The notes under the pieces were generated by a model that was not told the DNA's origin, searched no databases, and was given only the letters and a program-made list of their open reading frames with translations. 43,536 bases of DNA from Paecilomyces variotii. Taxonomy: Eukaryota. The stretch is from NCBI GenBank assembly GCA_004022145.1, contig RCNU01000034.1. The stretch is one strand, 5' to 3'. A program made the translations under genes and the position numbers. Below, piece by piece: positions 10,460-22,496 of the stretch (its first letter is position 1; each line of letters starts with the position of its first letter).

Positions 10460-13400
10460 GCAATATAAATAGCTGTATTAATATACCCTATAACTTAGGA
10501 GATAAGGGTCCTAGCTCTTAGCCTGTAGTATATACTCTAAAGAGTTTAGAGATTATTAAATCTAGCATATAGTAACTAATTGTTAAAGCTAGCTTATAAA
10601 TTCTAAGAGATACTCTAACAGGCCCAGGGATAAAGTAAGCTTAAATAGAAGATAAATTATTAATAAAGAGAGACCTTCTATAGCTCCTTGCTGCTAATCA
10701 TATTAATAAATAGCTAAGGCTTAAACTGCCGGAACTATAGAGATATAAAGCTATTATATTTAATACCTATTATTAATAGTGCTAGTATATAAATAAATAC
10801 TTGGCTTATAATACTTTATTATTTAAAGATAAAGCTGAGAAGATTACTTATACTATAGTATTGCTAGATAAAGAACTGGCTTAATCTTAGATCTATTAGT
10901 AAGAGGATCCTAACTTCCAGATACTAACTTAGGAAGGATTTAAAGATTAGTTGCTAAATTTGCTTAATAATCTATATTATTAAGGATAGAATATAATAAA
11001 CCGCTTTTATACCTTAATCTAATATTTTAATTAAACTATCTAAGCCTTCCTATACTATTTTAAGCAGGCTTAAATAGAGTTAAATTAGGGTAAAGGGTTT
11101 AACTATAATAGAATTATCTAGTCTTATATCTTCTATATAAAACTATAACCTGAGGTTTAGATAGGATTGCTGAATTATTAAGATCTTCTAATAAACCTTA
11201 ACTAATTAGCATCTTTAGCTACTAATTAGAAGATAAACTAAAAAAAGAATAAGACTATAAATTAACTTACTCTGCTAAATATAAATAGATTAATATAGAA
11301 TATATTAAAGGACTCCCCCTTAGAATAAAAGAAGAAGGAGATTAGTAACTAGTGTGCAAAGTTAACTAAACCTTAAAAAAAGAAGAAGTTTAAATTGCCA
11401 GCAGAATAAGATTAGCTTAAAAAAAAAGGCCGCTGCTTTAACTATAATAAAATAGGCTATATATAAGGATCTAAATTATATCTAAAAAGGAAAGACCTTT
11501 TTAAAAAAGGAAAACCTAAGATTATTGCAGCCCTTTACGATAAAGAGTCTAAGCTAAAGGAAGAATTTTTATATATCCTAATATAATTATATCTTCCTAA
11601 CAATATATTTAAAGATAAGGCCTTTATTAATTCTAGATTAGCCCGCTATTATATTAGCCTAGATATAGCTATATATTATAGAATTCCTTTAAACTTCTAA
11701 TAGTATATAAACTTTAAATCTATTAATGGGTATAAAATTTAGAAATATAAATTATTTAAAGCAGAGATCTATATTACTAACTCTAAAGGAATAATAGAGA
11801 AGGTAAAAATATATTTTTATATTATCCTAATACCTAGATTAAGTATTATCCTTAAGAAATTATAGCTATATATTATAAATCCTATTATAGATTAAGAGTT
11901 AATAACTTAAAGATATTATATTCTATATTAGCTATAAGTAAAAATTAAAAGTATTTAATAATTCTCTAAGATAGTAAGAGGAGAGATAATCTATATATTT
12001 TATAGGGACTAAATTGACCTTATTATTCCTAAAGACTTATCTCTAGAATATAAAAAATATGCTGAGGTCTTCTTAGAGAAGGATATAAGTATATTACCCG
12101 CTAAAATAGGTAAATATAAGATTAAACTCCTAAATAGCAAGGCGCCTCTATAAGATAGACTTTATAACCTCTTTATTAAAGAATTAGATATTCTGTATAA
12201 ATATCTTAAAGATATATAATAAAAGGATTAAATATAACTATTAACTAGTCCCGCAGGGGCGCTTGTTTTATTTATTCTAAAGGCAAATAATATACTAAGG
12301 CTCTATATTAACTATAGAGCTTTAAATAGTATTATTATAAAAAACAGATATTTTTTACCCAGGGTAGATAAAATGCTTAACCGATTAGTTAGCTCTAAAA
12401 TCTTTATTAAGCTCAATCTTAAGGATGCCTATTATTAGATTTAAATCTGCTAAAGAGATAAATAGAAGATAGCCTTCTAAACCTATTATAGATACTTTAA
12501 ATATTTAATAATATTATTTGGCCTATATAATACGCCTGCTATTTTTTAAGCCTATATTAATTAAGCATTATAGGGGTTATTAGATATTTATTATATTATA
12601 TATTTAGATAATATCTTAATCTTCTCTAACTCTATTAAAAAGTATAAGAGATATATAGCGCAGGTCCTAGAGAGGCTGCAAAAGTATAAATTATATATAA
12701 AATTATCTAAATATAAATTCTATAAGAAGAGAGTTAAATTTCTTAATTTTTTTATAAGAAAAGATAGAATAGAAATAGATCTTAGTAAAATAGAAACTAT
12801 TAGAGACTGGCTAGAGCCTAAATCTTTTAAGGAAATCTAAGTCTTCCTAGGATTTGTTAGTTTTTTTAGAAGATTTATCTATAACTACTTTATAAAGATA
12901 GCTCCTCTAACTAATCTATTAAAAAAAAGCATCTAAAAGAAAAAAATTAGGATATTTATTTAAATTAAAGAAGCCGCGAAGGCATTTAATAAGCTAAAAT
13001 TAGCTTTTATAACTCCGCCAGTGCTAAGGTATTTTAATCTGGAGAAGCCAATAATATTAGCAACTAATATTTTAAGATTTGCCCTTATTGCTATATTCCT
13101 TTAAGGAGATAGTAATAAGATAGCTTTAGATATTGGGTTAAAGATAAGTCTAAGAATTAGAACCTAGATAGACTAATAAACTATATTTAAGAACTAGCAC
13201 CCTATAGCATATTATATCTAGAAGTTTATTAAAATAAAGGTATACTATAAGGTCTATAACTAAGAACTCCTGGCTATTGTTAATATTTTTAAATATTAGC
13301 ATTATTATCTAGAAGATAATAGACACCCTATATAGATATAGAGCAATTATATAAACTTACGCTATTTCTTTATTATAAAGATATTAAATAATAGATAAGC

Positions 13401-15216
13401 TTAGTAAATAAAACTATTGGCAGTGTATAACTTTTAAATTAAATATAAGCTGGGATAGCTTAATATTATAAATACCCTATTTAGAAGGATAGATTTCAAA
13501 CTATCTAAATCTAAATCCTAAATAAGATTACTTCTAATCCTCTAGAAAAAGCTCTGGTATAAAATTTAGGATAAGTATATATAAGAAAGCAATCTAGAGT
13601 ATAAACCTATTAAAGCAGGCGGTATAAGTAGTCTAGAATATTTAGTATAAAGAATACTAGTTATCAGGGTAATTAGGGAAGAGTTTATTTAAAATATTAT
13701 AACTCTTAGCCTGCTCTTTATATTAAAACAGCTTTAAGCAAAGGACGCCTTTATCTTAAAAAAAACTAGGGAATTAAAAGTATATACTCCTAGAGATAGC
13801 TTAGAAACAGTATAGAGAATAAATAGCAAAAGACTATTATAGAAGAATAGTGCTATATTTATACTAGATATACTCACTATAAAGTAAAAGCTCCTTTAAA
13901 TATATTATAATAACCTTTATATAGGGTATTAAGATATTAAGAAGATTAAAGAGCTGCTTTAAAGAAGATTTAACTAGCCTAAGATAGTATAAGATATATA
14001 GGAATATATATCTATATATAATATCTGCCAAAGGAACTAAATTCTATAATATAGGCTATATAAAGAGCTAAAATCTTTACTAATCCTAATATAGCTATAA
14101 TAGAGTATCTTAATAGATTTTATAGTAGGACTGCCGCTGTTAAAGAAATAGGGAGTTATTTATAATTTAATATTAGTAATTATAAACTGCTATTTAAAGA
14201 TAGTGCTCTATATCTCTATCTATAAAATATTAAAGGCAAATAAGATAGCTAACCTTATTATAGATTATATCTATAACCGCTTTAAACCTTTATAGTTAAT
14301 TATATTAAATAGGGGGGCGCTGTTTATTAATAAATACTAGATAGAATTTTATTATTATATTTAAATTATTAGACTTTTAAGCACTATATTCTACCCCTAG
14401 ATTAATAGCCAGACTAAAAGGCAGAACTAGATGCTAGAGTATTATCTCTAGGTTTATTTAAATTACAAGTAAGATAATTGGGCATTCTTATTAACTATAG
14501 CGGAGTTTATATATAATAATTTAATCTATATCTTTATAGGTATAACTCCCTTCTATATTATCTATAAATTTAACCCTAAGAATTAGGATAAATATAATTC
14601 TAGGAAGCAAATAGATATACTAGCAATTAATAATTAATTAAAGGAACTTACTAAAATACGCGCTTAATTAGAAAAATCTCTTTAAAAGGCTATTACTGTG
14701 TAATAAAAGCATTATAATAAAAAGTATAAGCCTAGATCCTATATAGTAGGAGACTGAGTCTGCCTTTTAATAAAGAATTTAAAGACAGATTAATTAATTA
14801 AGAAACTAGATATAAAATACTCAGGATCTTATAAAATCATAGAGAGAATTAGAACTTAAGCCTATTAGTTTAAGCTCTTAAAGAGCCTAGGCAGAATATA
14901 TTTAATCTTTTATATCTCCCTATTAGAGCCCTACTGTCAGAGACTAGGAGCTAAACCTAAATATTTAGACCCGATCTTAATAGATGATAAACTAAAATAA
15001 GAGATTAAAGCCATTCTAGATAAATAGATAATATAGGGGAAGAAGCAATATTTAATTAAATAAAAGGGCTATCTAGATTATAAAAATTTATAATAGCCTA
15101 AGGAGGACCTTAAGTATGCCTAAAATATACTAGCTAAATTTAAGGCGATAGTATAAGCTATTAATAAGACCTCTTTAAGAAGGGCTCTAAGAAGCTCTAG
15201 AAAAAGGAGTCGATAA
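10460..15216 (+). pseudogene. gag-pol polyprotein relic with C-terminal chromodomain (start approximate)
   Basis: Zinc knuckle GRCFNC..GH (11428-), protease A(L)IDSG (11620-11637), RT SPAGAxVLF (12247-), YLDD relic TATTTAGATAAT (12601-12612), RNase H (~13060-13320), integrase HHCC (~13900-14030), ISMDF.VGLP (14107-), HPQTDGQTERQN (~14392-14427), GPY (~14824), chromodomain EIEAILD..YL.KWKGY (15001-15075). Knuckle, PR, RT and chromodomain are all in one frame. Many RIP stops. Confidence 0.93.
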
Positions 15217-17097
15217 AATTAATAAAATTTCCCTTTTTTTTTACTAAGTTTATAGGTTTTATTTAACTATTTTATTATTAAATTTATATTACTCTTTCTC
15301 TATTTACCTATTTATAGAGGTTTAGGAGTTTTAATAAGGATATAAGAAGCTAGTCTACCTGGAAATAAATTTATTTTGATTAGGCTACCCCTAGCAGGAA
15401 TTAAAAATATAGGCCTAAGATTAATTTCCCTTATTTATCTATTTTATTATTATAGAACCCTATTAGCATAGATTTATTCTTCTCCTTATTAGAGAAAGGA
15501 GGAATATTATAAATAATATATATAATTTCTTGCATATACTACAGATCTAATATTATTAAATAAAGCAATCTAAGTAATTCTTGCTAAAGCTATATTATAG
15601 ACTACTTATATAAAGATAAGGTTAATAGGACAATAGATATAAGCTTATCTATATCTGCTTTAATAGGCGCTTTATATAAATATACCTCTATAGAGGATTT
15701 ATACTTATTATAGGCCTCCTTAAAAGACCTATAATTATTTAAAAGATGGGCCTTTTAGCTAAAGCTCTATAGATAAGTAAGCTTATCCTTATAAACTAAT
15801 AGGACTAGAATATAGGGCTTATGCTTATAATTATAATAGTTATACTTAATATTAGTATTAGTATAGGTATACTAAAGTATTAGATTCTTAATCAGCCCCT
15901 TTAAATAATAAAGATATATCTTTTAAGGTATTAGAGGAAACTTCTTACCCGGCTAAGAGATAATAAGGCTATTTTTTATTATTATATTAGTAATAGCAAT
16001 AATAATAATCTTAACTAGTATCTTAATAACAACTAGTTTAGTCTAGGTCCCTATATTAATAACTTCCTTATGCCCTATATTCTATCTTTAGGATCTTTTT
16101 ATAGTATAAGCAGGAGTTATTCTTAGCTTAGCTATAGTAGCTAACTTAATAATAAGATAAGTTCTCTTCTTTTTTAGTAGGCTTTTTAGCGCTGTTATTA
16201 AATTAGATAGACCTATTTATATAATAGCTAGGATTATAAAAAAAGGCTAATCTAATAAAGATATAAACCTTCTATACCTTAATTTTAGCGTGATATTTAT
16301 CTTAGCCAATAAATTCTTTATAGGACTTAAGGTAAATAGAGATACTGACCTATTAATAGCTATAAAAGGGGTAATATTTATTTAAGGAGGCAGTCTTTCT
16401 AGTATTATAACAGCAGCTAGAGTCTTTAATATCTTAATAATAGTTAGGGGATTATTTTCTAATATTATAATAGCAATTAGATTTAGTTATATTATAATAG
16501 CAGCAGCTATATTCTCTATTTTAGAGATAAGAGGAGGGGATAGCTCCCTAAAGGGGGAGGTAATATTTTTAGGCTATTAATACTATAGAAATTAGTATAT
16601 AATATATAAAATCTTATACTAGAACACTTACTTAAAGAATCTTCTTATATTGCTTAAATATAAAATAAATTTGGGGCAGCATTATCTAAATTAAATTAGC
16701 TTATATTAATATAATTAATTAAGATAATTTACCCTTAAAGCAGGAAGCTCTAAAAACTAATAAAAAAATAACTAATTTTTTAAGCTTAATAAACTACTAT
16801 ATTATTAGCACTATTATAACCTTAAAAACATATTTAGATCTTTATTTAAATATATTTAGGATTAGGAGCTATATATAATAGGAAGTAGGAAAATAATTAC
16901 TAGGGGTTAGAATTCTAACCTTATAATATTATATAAATAATACTCCTAGCTTATATAATTTTTTAACCTTTTACCGCAAAAGCGGTAAGAAGCTCTTTTA
17001 TTTACTATATTATAAACCTCTATAAAGCTATACTCTACATTTAATATAATAACTTTATAACGGCTTAAGGATGAGCCTTTAAAAAAAGGGGGGATAC

Positions 17098-17529
17098 TAT
17101 TATACCCCTAGCTTCCTGCTAGAATATAAGCTTACAGAACTATAATAAAGCCCCAAATCTAAATATAATACTAAGATAATTAGTTAAACCTCGCTTTTCC
17201 CGCTTTTAGGATTTATATAAAATAAAGTTAGGAAGTATTTAAGATTTAGAATATAAATAGGCTTTAGATTACTATCTTATTAGAAGCTAGCAATTTGTTC
17301 TAATATAATATATACCCTACTATTTCTTTACTTATATAGACTCTTTATTACTAGAACCCTTTAACATAGACCCTTTTCTTTACTAGTTAGACCCTTTATT
17401 ATAATAGTTAACCCTTTATCTCACCAATAGACCCTTCTCTGAGCTAAATACGCGAAGCTGCTACCCCTCTCGCTATAATCGCTGGCGGAGTAATTCGCCA
17501 GCAACCTCTAGGAACCCCCGTTCCTTACA
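17098..17529 (+). repeat. Copy B 3' LTR (432 bp)
   Basis: Direct repeat of 10009-10440, preceded by the PPT. Confidence 0.95.
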
Positions 17530-20500
17530 ATCTTATACTATTTTAAGCTAATTAAATCTTTTTTAAAGTAGCTCTTTAATCTTTTTAATACTTTAATACC
17601 TTATATAAAGATTATTATAATATATTTAAAGAAGCTCTTATTTTATAGTAAATATATTTAATATAAATTTAATATTATTCTTTTATAATAATTCTTTATT
17701 ATTTATTTTTTATATTATCTTTAAGCTATCTTTAAGAGTATATACTTTTAATTCCCTAGTTTTCTCTAAGATAAAGGTATTTCTTACTTAAAACTACTTA
17801 ATATAAAGAATAAGCTAAGAATTATAGTATTTTAAATAAACTTTTCCTTAATTATTTTAATAATTAGTATTTTTTATACTAGCTTATATTATAGTGCGCC
17901 CGCGCTAAACTATAAGAAAGATATTAAGCGCTTATTCTTAAGTAAGCTAAAAGTATATAACTTAATATTAAATTTAGAGATTTAATATATATAGAATAAT
18001 AAACTATAGGAATATTACCTTTAATTCTCTTAGCTAAGCGCGTTATATATATAATAATAAGGTAAAACTTATTATATAATAATCTAAACTAGTAGTCTAG
18101 TATTATAATTAGCGGCTATAAGCTTTATACTCTTAAAAGAGATATATTTAAACAGAGGCTAAATTCTCTAATATTAATTATACCTTTTTAAATTTAAATC
18201 TATAACTAATAAGTAAAGTAATAGAAAAAAGAGATATACTAAGAGAATATCTTAAATAAAGCTAATATAAAATCGCGAAATAGGAGTTATTTTAATATAC
18301 TAAAAAGAAAAGCGATAAAAAGATTATATTATATTAGTTTATATAAGCCTAAAAAAGAATTAATTAAAGAGAAGCTTAGTAAAGAATTATAAAAAGAAGT
18401 ACTTTAATTTATTACTTTATTAGCGCTTAGCGATTAAATATTTTAAACTACTTATACTACTTATTTTAATAGGTTTATGCTTTAAATTATCTTCTTATAT
18501 ATATTTATTTTAAGCTTTATATTAAAGCTTTTTTTAAAGGGTTAAAAATAATTCTATTTAAGATTTAGATTTAAATAGTTTAAAATTTACTCTTTTAAAT
18601 AAAGTATTTATAGTATTAAGCTATTTTAGCTTATATTTAATTTAAAAGTTATATACTGCTAATAATTTTACTTACTAAGCTTACTTATTATTTAATATTT
18701 TTATAATAAAGAAATAGTATAGGTTTATATAGTTACTTTATATTTATATAAAGTATTTACTATCTTCTAGATAATAATATTAATATTTAAAAATATTAAT
18801 AATAGCTAAGAGTTTTTAGTTATAAACCTTATAATATATCTTTATCTTAATAAACTTCTAGGTATAATATATTATAGAGTATTAATTCTTAAATATAATA
18901 TTATAATTTATCTTAGTTTTAATTCTTAAAGTTATCTTTAAATTAGTATTTAAACTTATCTTATTATTATTTTTTTAAAGAAATATAGTAATAAGAGTAA
19001 ATTCTAAAATATTAATTACTAGTTTTATTAACTTCTTTAAATTAAAGTACTTTAGTATTAATAGAGTTATAAATACTAACTTTAACTTATTAAATATCTT
19101 TATAATCTTTTTAAATCTAGATAAATACTTTAATCTTCTTTTTTTAAATACTTTTTTTAATAAACTAATTAAAAGAGCTATTTTTATAGAATAATTATAA
19201 ATAAATCTTTTAAAAAATCTAATAAATCTTAAGAAGACTTAAATTTTTTTAAAGAATTTAAGCTTTAGCTAATCTTTAATAATTTTTATTCTATTAAGAT
19301 CTATTTCTATTTTATCTTTTTCTATAAGAAAGTTAAAGAATTTAACCTTTTTTTTATAGAATTTATATTTAGATAATTTTATATATAATTTATACTCTTA
19401 TAATTTTTTTAAGACTTATATTATATATTTCTTATACTTCTTAATAGAGTTAGAGAAAATTAAGATATTATCTAAATATATAATATAATAAATATTTAAT
19501 AACCTCTATAATACTTAATTAATATAGGCTTAAAAAATAGTAAAAGTATTATATAGGCTAAATAATATAATTAAGTATTTAAAATACTTATAATAAGTTT
19601 AAAAGGCTATCTTTTATTTATTCTCTTAATAGATTCTAATTTAATAATAAATATTCTTAAGATTAAGCTTAATAAAGATCTTAAAGCTAATTAATTAATT
19701 AAGCATTTTATTTATTTTAAATAAAGGATATTTATTCTTTATAATAATATTATTTAAGGCTTTATAGTTAATATAAAGTCTTAGTATATTATTAGCCTTA
19801 AAGATAAATAGAATAAATACTTCTATAAGATTAATTAATAATTATATCTATTTTTTTATTATATATCTATAAGATATTTATATAAAATATTAAGTTTTTT
19901 AATAGAGAGATTATAAAGTCTTTCTTATAAAAGTACTATATTATTTAAAAATTTAATTTTATATTTACTTATTTTAATAAGTAATATATTTACTCTCTCT
20001 TCTAAGAAGACTTTTATATATTTTTTATATTCTAGAAATAAGTTTTTTAAGATAATAGGATTAATTTAATCCTTATAAAATATATAAATTATCTCTTCTT
20101 TTATTATCTTAAAGAATTATTAAATATTTTTAATTTTTACCTATAACTATTATAGAATATAATATCTTTAAATTATTAATTCTTAATTTATAATAAGATT
20201 AATAACTTATAATTATAGTTTCTTAAAGATAATAAATAATTTAAGTATTAAGATAATATAAAAATATATATTTACTTTCTCTATAATTTTTTTAAAATTA
20301 ATAATATAAATCTCTATTTTAAAGAATTTATACTTTTAAATCTTATACTTATTAATAGATTTAAAGTTTATATATTATTAAAAGTCTAAGGGAATTTTAT
20401 ATTATATAGCTATATTTAAGCTAATATAATATTAAGCTAAACTTAAATTAATAAAAGCCTTATTTTTAAATATATTATTAGGTAAATAGAGTTATATTAA

Positions 20501-22064
20501 AATATATAAAGATTTTTTATTTATCTTAAACCTTTTATTATAAAAAGCTATAATAATTTTAAGCTTTTTCTTTTTAAAAGAATCTTTTTTTTAAGCATAA
20601 TTTAAATCTTTATATATAATTTTTTTTATTATAGTTAAAGCAGTAGCTTTCTTTTTTAAACTAATCTTATTTTATTAGTAATTTAAACTTCTTTTTTTAA
20701 GATTTATTTATCTTTTTATATTAGTTATTAGTCTCTTTTTTCTTTTACCTTAAGAAAGAGTCTTTTAATATATTTTAAGTTAGTTTATTTATATTTAATA
20801 TAGTAGAGAGATTTAAAGGTTTATTTTTCTTTTAATTTATTTCTTAATTAATAGTTAAAGATACTAATTAATTAAAATTAATTAGGAGATTTTAATAATT
20901 TAATAAGTCTATTTAAACTTTAAGTTATAGTTTTATATAGAAAATATAAGATTAAATAATCTTATTATTATTAAATTCTTTATCTTAATTTAGCTTTATA
21001 TAAGCTTATTTAAAATAGTATAGAAAAGCTTTAGTAATTTAGTTTAAATATTAAGTTAAGGTATAAAAGTAATTTATTATATTCTATTCTTAATAATATA
21101 AATTATTAAGTAAGTCTAGTAATTAATCTTTAAATCTATTTTAAGTTAATATTTAGAAGTTAAGATTCTCTTATTAATAAATTTAAGATTAAGCTAATTC
21201 TTTATTTAATAAAGCTATAATATAAATAATTTTTTTATCTTCTATTTTAAATAATAAAGTATTATAGGCTAAATATTTATTTATATATTAATATTACTAA
21301 TAATAGGTATTAAATATAATAGCTCTATATCTCTATAATTTAAGTAGTTTAAGTTTTAATTACTTATTAATATAGATAGTAATAAGAAGTTATAGAAAGT
21401 CTCTCTTTATTAATAAAATATTTTTTATTTAAGGTTAATCTCTTTTTAAGCTTATTAAAATATTTCTTAAAGTTTATAAGCTAGCTTTAATAATTAGTTA
21501 TTATAAGCTAAGTTTAATAATCTCTAAATCCTTTAAAGTATATACTATAGGCTAAGAGTTAAGACCTTTATCTTTTAAATTATAGAGTATATTAGTATAG
21601 CTACTTATATTACTAGATTAAATAATTTAAACTATAAGAAATAAGGATTCTTAAAAATTATTAATAAATTACTTTATTAATAATTATAATAAGAGAGGTA
21701 ATAGCTTTATATACTTAGCTTAAAGAAAGGTTTATTAGTAAGATAAAGAGTTAACTATTAAAATAAAGGGTTTAATTAATATAGAGAAGAATTTATATTA
21801 AAAAGATCTAATAATAAAGAATTTATATAAGTAAAAAAATAGTAGAATATATATTATATTAAAATAAATTACTAGCTTTTAATAAAATAATAATCTAGAG
21901 CCTATTTATATTTTAAACCTTAAATACTTCTTAGCTTTATCTTATATAAATCTTAAAAATAAAGAGAGTAAGGTTTAATTAATTACCTTAATATTATATT
22001 TAGATTTAAGGTTTTACTATAGTCTTATAATTTTATATCTTAGTAAGAAGCTAAGAGTATAATA
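17530..22064 (-). mobile_element. Chromovirus Gypsy copy A, proximal segment (5' LTR 21633-22064, gag, PR, RT, RNase H, start of integrase), interrupted by Helitron-like element 2
   Basis: Reverse complement of 10009-~13995. YLDD relic at 19467-19478. Joins 8011-10008 seamlessly once copy B and one ATCTT are removed. Confidence 0.93.
17879..18433 (-). mobile_element. Non-autonomous Helitron-like element 2 (555 bp)
   Basis: Absent from Gypsy copies B and C. Inserted at A|T with no TSD (host TTTATA|TTAAATATT). Minus-strand 5' TC (18433-18432) and 3' CTAG (17879-17882). 16-nt GC hairpin TAGTGC-GCCC-GCGCTA (17892-17907) lies 13 nt from the 3' end. Confidence 0.8.
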
Positions 22065-22215
22065 TTAATATAGCTTTATCTTATATAAATCTTAAAAATA
22101 AAGAGAGTAAGGTTTAATTAATTACCTTAATATTATATTTAAATTTAAGGTTTTACTATAGTCTTATAATTTTATATATTAGTAAGAAGCTAAGAGTATA
22201 ATATTAATATAGCTT
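21932..22215. repeat. 139-bp tandem duplication spanning the outer end of the copy A 5' LTR and its flank
   Basis: Units 21932-22070 and 22071-22209. TAGCTT microhomology at 21932, 22071 and 22210. Confidence 0.9.
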
Positions 22216-22496
22216 ATTAATAACTTAAATATACTTTACCTTCTATTAAACTAAGTAAACTAAGTAAATTAAATAAGATTAAAGATTTAAAGTATAAAGA
22301 TAATAAAAGATTATAGGTAAAGAAGTTTTAAATACTATTAAATATATTTTATTTTAATAACTATAATTATAATAAGATATTTAATAATAATAATAGCAAT
22401 AATAATAGTACTCGCTATATATTAATACTAGGTATTAATATTAAGCCTATTATTAAAGGTATAATAATTTATACTTAAATTAATAATTATAAGATA

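Larger units (their letters stand above)
10009..17529 (+). mobile_element. Full-length chromovirus Ty3/Gypsy LTR retrotransposon, copy B (7521 bp), RIP-inactivated
   Basis: TG at 10009 and CA at 17528-17529. Perfect 5-bp TSD ATCTT (10004-10008, 17530-17534). Two 432-bp LTRs. PPT AAAAAAAGGGGGG at 17081-17093. Domain order gag-PR-RT-RH-INT-chromodomain. Confidence 0.97.

Noticed and set aside
13949..13995. Insertion hotspot in the Gypsy integrase zinc finger (copy B into A and Copia into C map ~42 bp apart on the family sequence)
   Set aside because: Only two events by different integrases; could be coincidence.
17887..18433. Solo LTR starting TATTATAG (RIPed TGTTACAG)
   Set aside because: No CA/TA end with a TSD fits the host. 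The boundaries 17879-18433 fit all Helitron hallmarks.
22216..22496. Short spacer between Gypsy A and Copia 2, possibly the original target DNA
   Set aside because: It is also RIPed, with no match elsewhere in the window and no recognisable motif, so it cannot be assigned.
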